A DNA stretch of 57,006 nt. Origin: Octopus bimaculoides (lineage: Eukaryota). Position numbers and translations under genes: made by a program. This document shows positions 1 through 12,780 of the stretch, piece by piece; positions within the stretch are counted from its first letter, which is position 1; every line of letters starts with the position of its first letter. The stretch is from assembly GCF_001194135.2 (NCBI RefSeq), contig NC_068987.1, positions 16,604,055 to 16,661,060 on the forward strand, given 5' to 3'. The notes beneath the pieces are model-generated. The model ran no database searches and was not told the origin of the DNA. It saw only the letters and a program-made list of their open reading frames with translations.

Positions 1-310
1 ACCGGGCATTATGAGTGTTTATTGAGCGAAAACACCTAAAGTTCAACGAGGCTCCGGCAGAGGATGGTGGCGAACCCTGCTGTACTCTTTCATTACAACT
101 TTCTCTCACTCTTACTTCCTGTTTCTGTTGTACCTGTATTTCAAAGGGCCAGCCTTGACACACTCTGTGTCACGCTGAATCTCTCCGAGAACTACGTTAT
201 GGGTACACGCGTCTGTGGAGTGCTCAGCCACTTGCACGTTAATTTCACGAGCAGGCTGTTCCGTTGATCGGATCAACTGGAACACTCGTCGTTACCGACG
301 GAGTGCCAAC
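1..310 (-). mobile_element. Octopus-type interspersed repeat (probable non-autonomous retroposon), 5' end near 310, truncated by the window edge
   Basis: Minus strand starts GTTGGCACTCCGTCGGTAACGACGAGTGTTCCAGTTGATCCGATCAACGGAAC, recognised from memory as a common octopus repeat. GC-richer than the flanks, with a strongly structured 5' end. Confidence 0.6.
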
Positions 311-994
311 CACCACGATGATCTAGTATTAATATTTTGTGTAGAAAGAAGGCAACACCAAATGTGATGTATGAAAAGGACAACCGTTGCTTTTGTTTAG
401 AGTTAAAACTACAGTATTTGCAGGTGTTTTTTTTCCCAAGGACTTTTACTTATATTTTTGCATGTAAATAGTTTACTAATTTAAAGATCCAATCAGCTTT
501 CTCTTATAAACAATATCTAAATGGGAAATCAACAGTGGACGAGAGTTTGCAGATGTTTGGAAGCACTTGAAGACACATTTTTGAAACAATCCCTATATAA
601 GCCTCTATAAAGCACAAAGCCATTGAAAAAGATGAGGACCTGAAATCCTGTTTTACATCCTATCACCCAAGCCTTTCTGTTGTGGTTATGAGATCCTGGT
701 CAATCCCAGAACAACATCCGTGTTTAATGTTTTTATGCTAACCTTTCTGCTTCCTTGAAACGCACACCACTTACGCGTATGAAAAGCTTTATCACGAATG
801 AGAAGATATAAAAATATAAAGATTTGCCGTTCTTTATTGGTCTCGTAAATAGAGACCATAAATTTCAATTGTCTTGTTTACCAATTAGGAAATACATCTC
901 ATTCACACTCATTTTACTTTGCAAATGAGAGAAACGAATAAAAAACATGGAAGTGCTTGCATTATCAGAGCGTATATAATATCAAAGTTATCCT

Positions 995-1609
995 CAGGCG
1001 GCGAGCTGGCAGAATCGTTAGCACGCCGGGCGAAATGCATAGCGGTATTTCGTCTGTCGTTACGTTCTGAGTTCAAATTCCGTCGAGGTCGACTTTGCCT
1101 TTCATCCTTTAGGGGTCGATAAATTAAGTACCAGTTACGTACTGGGGTCGATGTAATCGACTTAATTCGTTCGTCTGTTCTTGTTTGTTCCCTCTATGTT
1201 TAGCCCCTTGTGGGCAATAACGAAATAGGTATTTCGTCTGCCGTTACGTTCTGAGTTCAAATTCCGCCGAGGTCGACTTTGCCTTTTATCCTTTCAGGGT
1301 CGATAAATTAAGTACCAGTTATGCACTGGGGTCGATGTAATCGACTTAATCTCTTTGCCTGTCCTTGTTTGTCCCCTCTATGTTTGGCCCCTTGTGGGCA
1401 ATAAAGGACTAAGAAACGTCAGCACGCCGGGCGAAATGCTTGGCGGTATTTCGTCTGTCTTTACGTTCTGAGTTCAAATTCCACCGAAGTCGACTTTGCT
1501 TTCATCCTTTCGGAGTCGATAAATTAAGTACCAGTTGCGTACAGGGGTCGATTTAATCGACTGGCCCCTCCCCCAAAATTTCTGGCCCTGTGCCTAGAGT
1601 AGAAAAGAG
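995..1609 (+). mobile_element. tRNA-derived SINE family A, three-unit composite with 15-bp TSD
   Basis: Head GGCGGCGAGCTGGCAGAATCG (A-box-like), GAGTTCAAATTCC (B-box-like) three times, GTCGATAAATTAAGTACCAG three times. TSD TATCAAAGTTATCCT at 980-994 and 1610-1624. Confidence 0.9.
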
Positions 1610-2229
1610 TATCAAAGTTATCCTATCATAACAAATTAAAAAATTTTCTCACCTGAAAACATCCCTGGTTCTATAATTAAAACTTCATATTCAAAGTGAT
1701 TTATATTAAAACCTATAAAAATTTCATGGTAATTTATGTTTCATACAACATAATAATCACGATATTATTTTACTTTTTTCGTTGTTTTCAAAGTTAATTG
1801 AAAGAGAAGCAGCGTATTTTAACAGAAAGATTGGAAGGAAAGAGTTAAGTGATAATATCAATAAGATTGAGACCATATATCATTATTATAAAACTACTTG
1901 CCGGGTCATTAAATATTTGCCTGCTGTTTGCATTCAATTTAACAAATAAGAATAGAAATTTTTCGCTATTTTCAGATAGATTACTTCTTTCAAGATCTTG
2001 ATAATTCCTGCATTAAGTGCTTGACTGAGTTGGTTGCGCGTCATCTGGACTAATGACGCACAACCGTTTTAGTTTCCGCCTCGTAAAGGACATTTTGTAA
2101 TAAGACTTAGATAAAATCGCAACTAAAACTATTAACATCCACATATGAACCAAAGCCAAAACAAATGTTGGTAGTCATTTTGTAATCAATAATTTTATAA
2201 GCTATAACTACTGTAACTTTAAGAACTTA

Positions 2230-2447
2230 CAATAATCCGTCGACTATCGTGGGTGTTACGCTCCAAAACCCCTCGAGATAGGTGAAAATCCGCGAAGAAG
2301 AAACAGTACTGTACTGTATATTTTTTCTATCATTTTTATAATTTGTATATATTTGTTAATAATGCAAAACACCACCACAGAGGAATCGACGTAGCTTAAA
2401 TAATAAACCGCGATAGGTGAACCGCGATATGGCAAACGAGTGCTGTG
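2230..2447. mobile_element. Tigger/pogo-like MITE
   Basis: TA then CAATAATCCGTCGACTATCG at the left end, CCGCGATATGGCAAACGAGTGCTGTG then TA at the right end. Repeated CCGCGATAGGTGAA-type subterminal motifs. The TIRs are degenerate. Confidence 0.65.
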
Positions 2448-5400
2448 TATCGAAATACTAATATCCCAGCTATTCTACATAAGAACCGAGCTCCAAAACG
2501 CTTTATTCTGGATCGTTACCGCCGCCAGCTAACGTTTTTTTTCTTTTTGTATTAGTACATATTGAACTTTCATTAGAAAATACTCGTTGCTTGCTTTTAT
2601 TCCTTAAACTTTCAAAGCAAGTAAAAATGTATGTGTTCCTGACAACATGAAACTATGAACCGTTTTCGTATGATGCCTATTACTTACAGAACCAAAATAA
2701 TCTAAACTCAACCAAATGAATTGTTCTACAAGTTTAAAGAAGTTTTTGTGTGATATACTCCATTTACTGATACAGTTTGCTCTTGTTTCCTTCTACAAAA
2801 GTTGCTAAATATACATTTTTATAAAAACGATGTTTTAATTCAATGGAAAGATTCTCAACTTTTGATAAATTGTTTCCTTTTTGTCAGCATCAAAATCAAA
2901 CAAAATATAAAAAAAAAGTACCAGAACAATATTGTCTTCATCAGCTTCGAAAATGTATATACATTAGTTGAATGAAAAGTAAAACAAGAAAAAAAAATGC
3001 GATGGAAAAAAAACCTTGATTGGAATCCGAAGTACATAGAAAAACAAACCAAAATCTCCACAAAAATACCTGACTCACTAAATATTGTTTGTTTCATCAA
3101 TAATGTTGGTAGGTAGCTTCAACAGAACAACACTAACGTCAAACACACACACAAAGCATCTAAACGATCAATAGATACAGTTGTTGAAATCTTACTGGAG
3201 AATAGAAAAATACAACAGAGATTTCTCTTTATCAAAGATTAGACGATCAAAATGATTTTAGGAGTTTTATTTGAAAGCAAAATAAAAAGGAAACCATTCT
3301 AACGAAGCAAAGAATTTTTTCAAGACGATATTTTACCGGGTTTTATCTATTATTTAAGCGGAAACGAACAAGAATAGATTGAGCTACGCATATAGTGTCT
3401 ACTGCATCTAAATAATTTCAATTATTCGTTAAATGAAATAAAAAAAAGAAACAAATCAGCGTTACACAAATGATTAACGACCCACTCTCCTAACTCACAA
3501 CTTGATACAGTGTAGAAAGTTTTATAGACCCTTTATAACTATGAACAGATAAAACTAGTTAAGACTGGAAGTTATGGTAATCATGCATACACACAGAACT
3601 TTAAATGAAGTCAATAATGTTGGGAAAGAAGAAGATGTTTAAAAAGATCAATTGAGATATATTCAGCAAATGAATATGAGGGACACGAATGTACCGAAAC
3701 ATTTGTGTTTTTTTTTATTTTACCAATAGAATAGAAAATACAAAATAACATAGAATAAAATAAACAACAACAACAACAATAACAAAAATAATCGATTCTG
3801 AAAACACTGGGTTACAAAAATTTAAAGTTAAAAAAGAAACCATTTACAAAAGAAAACGACAGAAAATAAAATGTCGAAATGGTTTCTGCTTTTTTTTTCT
3901 CTAATTTCAAGCGATGCAAACTAAATTTAGTAAATTTAAGAACCATTATCACCGATTCACTTTCGTAAATGGCCAACTACGTCTAAAATTGGTTGGTTTG
4001 AGAAATTTGACGCCTCTCACTCGCAGTGTTTTGTTATTGTAACAAAAATATTTGTTTCTTGTTCTGTTTCATTAAATAATAAGTTGGAGATAATTAATAG
4101 ATGTTGTTACAAATGAAGCACAAATAAAATCGAAACACTTTTTCTTCGTTAACACACGACAGAATTTCTTATATTAACTGGAACCTACAATAATAAATAT
4201 TAAAATTTGCAAACAGTGGTGGTTACATCTAAATAATATAAAGAATAAAAATTACTTAGACATCTGTAATGTATTTCATCGCGATAGAGTCACCGTAGCC
4301 ATTGAAAATACACATACACTACTATATTCACTTGTACTTTATTGTATATTATAAATAAAACTAGTAAGAGTAAAAGTGAATAAAACAGGGTTATGTGTGG
4401 TTTTAATGGCTACAGAAACTCTGTCAGGATGCAATAAATTTAATCTCAACACACGATTTCAGATAAAAAAACAAAAAATACTAACCAAACAATTGCCATT
4501 CTCGAATATAGTACATTTACTTTGAACAGGAATATAAATATTAAAGCTTGCAAGGCAGGTTTGGCGTAAAATACTAGAAAAATGCCAGTGAGAAAAATAC
4601 ACAAATACAAATGGTTTCTTTATAAGTTCCTTTGAAAAATTACAGAGAAATTATTATGCGTGACTCCATGATCAAATTATGGATTTTATGTTTAAGAAGA
4701 ATAAGCACCGTTTATGGACTGTCAGATATATTTCTCACTGGAAATTTTTTTGTTATGAAAGCATGCATGGCTCTGTAGTTATGTTCTGGATGGTCACTGT
4801 AACAATGATGGTCAAATGTGCACGCAATTAAAGTTGTTCAATGGCTTAAGGAAGACAACAAAAATTCTTGCATCTCCCACTTCATTTCTAAAATGCATTG
4901 TTTGCATGGCGAACAGCGAGAATCTAAACGATGACTTGCATATTCATTCTTAATATGTTTCACAGATTCGAACACAAATATGCTAATTACTGTTGTACTC
5001 GTCACAGGAGAACAACTCTACCTTTACGCCGACTATGTGTTCATAACACACTCGATTCGTGAATGCAAGGGATTCTGGGACATCGGCATTTCATGTGCCT
5101 TGTCAAGCCTGAAGTACTCAATCCAATGAATCTAAACAAAAGCCAATAGCCTTGTTTATAGCTTCAGGGAAAAAACTGTTTGTTGATCCGTACTGAAATC
5201 AGGTTAAGCTTCGGCTTAAATAAATCTATTGACTCGAGACACACTTTAACATCTTAAAACACTAATTGATCAAAAGCATTCTAGCTATGAACACATCGTA
5301 TTTTCTCTATGTACAGGAAACCCAAGACTACCTTATTCAATATGTAATTTATTAAGTTGTAGAAGCTAAGATTTGAGGAAGATTTAGCTATTATTCTAGA

Positions 5401-5529
5401 TCATGGACCCACAACGTAGAATACACCCTTATGTGTTCGTATAGCTTTCTGGTCTTCAGAGATTGTAAAGAATCATTATCTTGATCAAGATAATGGCGTC
5501 TAATTTTAGCACGAAGACAGCAATATCGA

Positions 5530-5710
5530 AGAAGGGGGGTGGGCAACTCAGTTAAACGCCTCCAGTATTTGACAGGTGCTTATTTCATCGACTTCGAAAG
5601 AATGGAAGGCAAAGTGGACCTCAACAGAATTTGAACTCAGAACGTATAAATCCGGAAGAAAAATCGCTAAGAAGTTTGTCTCACCCGCCAAAGTTCTGCC
5701 AGTACGCCAT
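5530..5710 (-). mobile_element. SINE family A, degenerate
   Basis: AAGGCAAAGTGGACCTC...ATTTGAACTCAGAACGTA is the reverse complement of the family A core. Confidence 0.75.
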
Positions 5711-5749
5711 ATTTTCTTGATTAAAATAATAGAAACGAATTGTTATTGC

Positions 5750-5920
5750 TATTCTTGTTTAAACCCAGGTCAGGTATGATTGAATAAAACATTGATGAAT
5801 GTCATGCCAACTATGACCATCTGTCTTTCTGTAAGGCACCACGTTTCTAAGATCATATCGTCAAATATGTTCTATTCTTTTCAATAAAGTGAGATCTAAT
5901 TTGAAACAAGCGTGACTGCT
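5750..5920 (+). repeat. Interspersed repeat family D, degenerate (other copies about 27010-27210 +, 42670-42840 +, 42910-43110 +, 51285-51460 -)
   Basis: Shared TTGTTTAA.CCCAGGTCA..., TGACCATC and GATTTGA.GGAGATTT.GCTG.TATTTCTAG.AGGTCGAGC motifs across copies. Confidence 0.55.
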
Positions 5921-5921
5921 A

Positions 5922-6308
5922 TTCTTTTATTCTTTTACTTTTTTCAGTCATTTGACTGCGGCCATACTGGAGCACCGCCTTTAGTCGAACAAATCGAGTC
6001 CAGGACTTATTCTTTGTAAGCCTAGAACTTACTCTACCGGTCTCTTTTGCCGAACCGCTATGTTACGGGGACGTAACAAGCGATGGTGGGGGAAAAACAC
6101 AGACACACAAATATACACACACACACACGCACACGTATATATACGACGCGATTCTTTCAGTTTCCGCCTACCAAATCCACTCGCAAGGCTTTTTTTCGGC
6201 CCGACGCTATGGTAGAATGCGCTTGCCTAAGGTGCCACGGAATGGGACTGAACCCAGAACCATGTGGTTGGTAAGTAAGATACTTACCACACAGCTACTC
6301 CTGCAGCT
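5922..6308 (-). mobile_element. tRNA-derived SINE family B with internal (CA/TA)n linker, full length
   Basis: CAGTCATTTGACTGCGGCCATACTGGAGCACCGCC...GCCGAACCGCTA...microsatellite...CAGTTTCCGCCTACCAAATCCACTC...AAGGTGCCACGG...GAACCATGTGGTTGG...ACCACACAGC. The same architecture recurs more than 10 times in the window. Confidence 0.9.
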
Positions 6309-6658
6309 AACAAATTTATTAAACACGCTGAAGTTGTTGAATGGAATAGAAACGAGTCGGGCTAAATTTGCTCTTTCGGGTTTTCTACGTTCAAATTGCA
6401 TTGTGGAGTGGTTTGGCTTTTTCGTCCGTCAGAGGGCCGAAAAAAACAAAACAAATACAATAAAAGAAAAAGATATGATAATACCATTAATATACTGGAT
6501 TGAATATGGTTCGATGATATATACAGTCTCATTATTAAACAATCTGTTATTCAATTCAAACCCGGCAGCGGAGATGAAAACAGAGACGTAGGTGTTGACT
6601 GTATAAATGAAGATGTTGACATGCAGAATTCAACCTCACATAACAACACCAGCCATAA

Positions 6659-6659
<1 letters not shown>

Positions 6660-6716
<57 letters not shown>

Positions 6717-6755
6717 ATAATAATAATATTGCTGCTGCTGTTGCTGTTGCTGCTG

Positions 6756-6814
<59 letters not shown>

Positions 6815-6870
6815 GCCACTGCCGCTGCTGCCGCTGTTGTTACCACCACCACCACCACCTCTACCACCAC
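6660..6870. repeat. Compound trinucleotide microsatellite (CTA)n(TAA)n(CTG/TTG)n(CTA)n(CCA)n
   Basis: Read directly. Source of the poly-L and poly-V ORFs. Confidence 0.95.
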
Positions 6871-7147
6871 TAGTATCATCAATATATCTCAGTTATGAAC
6901 CTGCGTATGTTATCTTTGCAACAATATTTCACTACAGAAAGTAAAAAAAAAAAAAAAATAGAAAACTTACTTCGCAATATTGTGTTACGTAATAGAATTG
7001 TGCAGTATTTTGTATTTGTATTATTTCTTGAAGATTATTCTACCTTAGCAGATCTATCCATCATAATTAAAATATAAATCTGTAACTGCCTTCATAATCA
7101 CATTATATTCCACAGATATATACATCTTTAAAACTCAAAATACATGC

Positions 7148-7600
7148 CTATATACATACATACATACATACATACATACATACATACATACATACATACA
7201 TACATACATACATAATACATGCATGCATATATACATATCTACATGCATATATATTTATATATCTATTCATCATTTCATAAATATATATATATGTATATAC
7301 ACAGATATATACATATAAATACATATATGCATACATTCATACACGCACACGTATATATGTGTGTGTGTGTATGTGTATATGTATGTGTGTGTGTGCATGT
7401 ATATAGGTATACATATATGTATATATATTTATATATCTATTCATCATTTCATAAATATATATATGTATATACACAGATATATACACATATATTCATAATA
7501 TACATACATATATATACGCACACACACATACACACACACATATACGTGTGCGTGTATGAATGTACATGTATGTGTATATACCCTTTATGCATGTGAATAT
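7148..7600. repeat. (TACA)n/(TA)n/(TG)n compound microsatellite
   Basis: Read directly. Confidence 0.95.
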
Positions 7601-7997
7601 GTGCACTATTATGTAGACCAGGTCTTTTAGGGTAAATGCATGAGTTATTTAGAGAGTAAGGTTGGGTCTATGCAATTCCTTTCTCCACTTTGGCATCTTT
7701 ATTAATACGTGTATTATGTGTTGTATAAGCAAAGGTATCTGTCAGCGTGAGTGGTAAGCAAAGGTATCTGTCAGCGTGAGTGGTAGGCCTCTGGCAGAAC
7801 TGAAAAGCTAACATCTGTGCTGCTCATGTTTAAGAGAACAACCAAGCGATTGCATGTCTGGAAATTGAGTAGCAACCATCAAGTGTGTGTGTGTATGTAT
7901 GTGTACGTGTCTATACATACGTACATACATATATAATACATACATATATATATGTATGTATATATATGTGTAAATGTATATGTATGTATATACATAC

Positions 7998-8029
<32 letters not shown>

Positions 8030-8483
8030 NNNNNNNNNNNNNNNNNNNNNNNNNNNNNNNNNNNNNNNNNNNNNNNNNNNNNNNNNNNNNNNNNNNNNNN
8101 NNNNNNNNNNNNNNNNNNNNNNNNNNNNNNNNNNNNNNNNNNNNNNNNNNNNNNNNNNNNNNNNNNNNNNNNNNNNNNNNNNNNNNNNNNNNNNNNNNNN
8201 NNNNNNNNNNNNNNNNNNNNNNNNNNNNNNNNNNNNNNNNNNNNNNNNNNNNNNNNNNNNNNNNNNNNNNNNNNNNNNNNNNNNNNNNNNNNNNNNNNNN
8301 NNNNNNNNNNNNNNNNNNNNNNNNNNNNNNNNNNNNNNNNNNNNNNNNNNNNNNNNNNNNNNNNNNNNNNNNNNNNNNNNNNNNNNNNNNNNNNNNNNNN
8401 NNNNNNNNNNNNNNNNNNNNNNNNNNNNNNNNNNNNNNNNNNNNNNNNNNNNNNNNNNNNNNNNNNNNNNNNNNNNNNNNNNN
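8030..8483. other. Assembly gap (others: 11109-11473, 19471-19795, 23078-24071, 27459-27579, 29439-29894, 38245-38300)
   Basis: Runs of N next to (TA)n, (CA)n or (CTA)n tracts. Confidence 1.
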
Positions 8484-11069
8484 TATATAATATTACATTA
8501 TGTATATAAACATATATATATATATACATACATATTATATGCGTGCATATATGCAAATTAACATGTACATTCATATGTATGTGTGTTTGAATGTATGGTT
8601 ATACTTGCGTATAAACATAAATACGTATTTCTGATGTTGGGTACATACATAGTTTTCAATAAGGGGAATAATGTGTGAAACATCTTTCCATCACAACTTT
8701 CACCAGATGCAAGCTTAGCAACGCTCTCCCATAGTGTTTGGGACAGAAAAGAAATATTACGTACGGTCATATAAATAAGCTGCTTGGTAGATGTGAAGAT
8801 TTAGAAAGAAAAAATAACTGCTTCCTTCAAAACCTATGTTTCCTACACAGATTCTACACATTTCAAATTTACTGTTGTTCTCAGTTGGTTTATGTTTTCA
8901 GCAAATGCAATGTGTAAGAGGAAACGAAATAATTTCATAGATATTTCTGTACGCAATACTTAAATATTCACTGTTGGTGTTACCTAACATCAAGTAGTGA
9001 ATGTATGAGTTTGTTTCTAAATCATTCAGTCCTATCTTTATGAGAATTCAAACGATTATGAAAAAACATAACATAAATACAAACATATATGCACACATCC
9101 ATATACATATATGTCTGTCTGCCTGCCTGCCTGCCTGCCTGCCTGTCTGTGTGTCTGTCTGTCTGTATGTATGTATGTATGTATGCATGTGTGTCTAAAT
9201 GGAATATATTAAGATAAATCAATTAGGTGTTGACGTACAGGATGATATTCATAAAGATTTCTTAATGAATTAAACTTTACCTTTTAGTTTGAGAGGTGAA
9301 CAAAAATCCATCACTAATTTTTACGAAAAGGGAGATAATTAATATTGTATTTGGGGACGATTTCACATCAAGAATCTTGCAAAACGAATATATAAACGGA
9401 GATAATTAAAAAATCAGGAATTAATTAAAAAATAAATTTTCATGCTAAAGAGAAAATATAGTCACTGTTAGCAGAGACACGGTTACGTCAACGGATATAT
9501 TTCACTTTTACTGGATCTCGTCAGTGCAACAAGGCTAATATGCATCATCATAATTAGAATGCATCATCATAATTAGAAGATAGTAGACAGGAAATATATA
9601 TGAAACATACAGCCTACGCAGATGTTTGTTTCTGGCATTAGTTCAATTTTATACAAAAATTAAGATTTTAATTTTGTTTAATAATCTATAATAATTTTTT
9701 AATTATTTTTAATTTCAAGTTTCAATTGTTTTAAATCGGAGGCCGACAATTGTAATAAGCACCAGCTATGATTAACCAAACCAGTGCATCTTAGGGAATT
9801 GTTTGTTACCTTAATCAAAAAATAAGATTATGAATCTATATACTACAAATGGGGACCTAATTCCTCTTCATTTTTTCTATACTCATCAAGCCAAACAAAA
9901 TTTATCTTATCAAATTTACACACCTGTTCGTCTGAATGTATTTTAATGATACGAGCAATACTGAAAAGATAGCAGTTGATACAGTACAAGTTTTGCATTA
10001 AATAATAGTCTTCTCAAGAACCGTATACATTCCTTTGGACAATACGTATCTCCATTCTCACTGTAAGGACTCTTATTTGCTAGGAATGTATATCTACCAT
10101 ACTGATGATTTTCCTCGCACATCTCTGCACACGAACTTTGGTAGTATCTCACATTATATCTTTAATGTTAATAAAGTTATAATAATGCACAGGGAAAACT
10201 TTTATCTAGATATTTGGTTTTCAGTAAGTAGCTTGATATTGAAGAAAATTTAGCTAAGTGAAGTAACTAAAATAAATCTATCATTATTATTAGTATTATC
10301 ATTTATTAAGTAAAACATGCTTGAATGAATTATCTTCGTTTACATTCCCATGTCAAATGTGTCGTAAACTTAACAACAGAGACACAATCAGATATATGTA
10401 TAGGTTAAGGAAATTTACGAAGCGAATTATTATACTAGATCAGAAGTGTAGAAAGAGAGAGAATATTATATCCGATTTCTATTAGCTTGATATCTGAAAT
10501 GATGCACAAGATATTCCAAATGAAGTATATATATATTAAATGAAATATATTGTAAGTGGTTTTTGACAGTATTGGTATTAGAGCAACGAGATTTGTATGA
10601 AGTTCACTAAAAATGTTAATATCCAATAAAAACTATTGTCGAATATTCTGTCAGAAAATAAGATATTTTTTTGTATTCTTTAGTCTGGAGGATGCGTAGT
10701 GTTCATAACCTTTTACAGAGCCTTCGAAACTGGTGGCAGAGATGGGGAAAGTATGAACAAATCGCAGAGCTGTTCCGAATGCTTGCAGCAGAGAGGACTC
10801 TGATTGGCGGTTATGTTGAAATAAGCACCCGTTGAACACTGGAATCAATGTAATAAGGTATCTCCTTTCTCAATTGTTGTTGTTGCTGTTGTTGCTGCTG
10901 CTGCTGCTGTTGCTGTTATTTTGTTGTTGTTGTTATTTACAACGACGTAGATTTGGATTCAGTCCCAGTTAGTGGAAAACGTCATGATTCCGCTCCTAGC
11001 CGACCAAAAGACATTTGGATGAATTAGGTCGACGGAAACCATACGTAAGCCCGTCATATATATACATAC

Positions 11070-11108
<39 letters not shown>

Positions 11109-11473
11109 NNNNNNNNNNNNNNNNNNNNNNNNNNNNNNNNNNNNNNNNNNNNNNNNNNNNNNNNNNNNNNNNNNNNNNNNNNNNNNNNNNNNNNNNNNNN
11201 NNNNNNNNNNNNNNNNNNNNNNNNNNNNNNNNNNNNNNNNNNNNNNNNNNNNNNNNNNNNNNNNNNNNNNNNNNNNNNNNNNNNNNNNNNNNNNNNNNNN
11301 NNNNNNNNNNNNNNNNNNNNNNNNNNNNNNNNNNNNNNNNNNNNNNNNNNNNNNNNNNNNNNNNNNNNNNNNNNNNNNNNNNNNNNNNNNNNNNNNNNNN
11401 NNNNNNNNNNNNNNNNNNNNNNNNNNNNNNNNNNNNNNNNNNNNNNNNNNNNNNNNNNNNNNNNNNNNNNNNN

Positions 11474-11521
<48 letters not shown>

Positions 11522-11704
11522 TATCTTTTACCTTTTACTTGTTAAAGTCATTTGTCTGCAGCCATGCCGCGGCACCGCCTTGATTGAAAGATGGAACGTC
11601 TCACGAATTTGCCTGTCATTCATGCGCAGGAGATATGATAATCTTTTCTATATCGTTCCAATTTTTGCATATGTAATGCTGAAGCTAGTACACACACACA
11701 CACA

Positions 11705-12015
11705 TGGTTTACTTGTTTCAGCCGTTGAACTGTGGGATTATTAGAGCCCTGTCTTGAAGGGTTTAGTCGACTAAATCGATCTTGGTACTTATTTTCTAAG
11801 TTAGGTACTTATTCGATCTGATATCTTTTGCCGAACCGTTAAGTTACTGGGATATAAATAAACCAACTACAGACTTCATTCAGCTTCTGTCTACCAAAGC
11901 TCCACACAATACCTTGATCGGCCCCAGGCTCTAGTAGAAGACACTTGCCCAAGGTAACACGAAGTGGGACTGGACTCGGGACCATGTGGTTAGGAAGCAG
12001 TCTTCATACCACGCA
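11705..12015 (-). mobile_element. SINE family B, internally shortened (extra tail fragment 11520-11585)
   Basis: GCCGAACCGTTAAGTTAC...GACACTTGCCCAAGGTAACAC...GGGACCATGTGGTTAGGAAGC. Confidence 0.85.
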
Positions 12016-12546
12016 GTAAAACGAGCGTACATTTGTTTGAATTCCCGTAGCTTAACGGTTTAGTCAGAGTGGCCATTTGAAAAATACCTGATTTAAAATA
12101 ATCAAGTACTGGAATGTATTTCATCGACTAGACTCTTGAAAGCAGTGCAGCAGTACGGCTGCAGTGGAATGCCTGAGACATGTAAAAGAACTGAAAATAG
12201 ATAAATAAATAAATAAATATACGGACAGTAGTGAAACGAAAAGATATTTATTATGAACATAAGTAGGTGGTGACGTAGCAATGAAAAATCCTGACCGACA
12301 TTTTGACACAGCGCACAGAAAATATGAGGATTTGCCATAGATATTTGACAGCGAAATAGGACGGGTTTAAAAATAATAATTGTTTGTAGTTTTACATTTG
12401 AAATGTTTATACTGATGTTTGTCAATATTTATCAAATTTAAGTCTCCTTTTAAGATAATAATCCGGTGTCTTTCGTTATTATTTTTGCTGTCAAAACAAT
12501 GTATAAATAGTAAAATGAACATACATACATACATACATATATATAT

Positions 12547-12548
<2 letters not shown>

Positions 12549-12628
<80 letters not shown>
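12549..12628. repeat. (AG)n microsatellite
   Basis: Read directly. Confidence 0.98.
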
Positions 12629-12630
<2 letters not shown>

Positions 12631-12780
12631 GTATGTACATACGGATGCAAAATCATGCACATATAAAATAAGAGCTGTAAGTTCGTTTCCCACGCGTACT
12701 AAAGCTATTTTATTCCGTTTAGAGGGATTGTTTGACCTACTATGAGACTGTTTTCTATCGTCAATATACGAACTAAATTT

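Noticed and set aside
995-1609. CRISPR-like or tRNA-gene reading of the repeated units
   Set aside because: Eukaryotic SINE repeats with no spacer architecture. The heads are tRNA-derived but do not form complete cloverleaves.
6556-6944. Poly-V and poly-L ORFs
   Set aside because: Translations of a compound trinucleotide microsatellite.
7879-8574. Long ORFs containing X (also at 11.0, 19.4, 22.8-24.2, 27.4, 29.3 and 38.0 kb)
   Set aside because: Open only because of N gaps and TA/CA repeats.
9950-10860. Possible CR1/L2 3' remnants (RVQRCARKII; IRNSS...QFRRL)
   Set aside because: Similarity too short and weak to call without a search.
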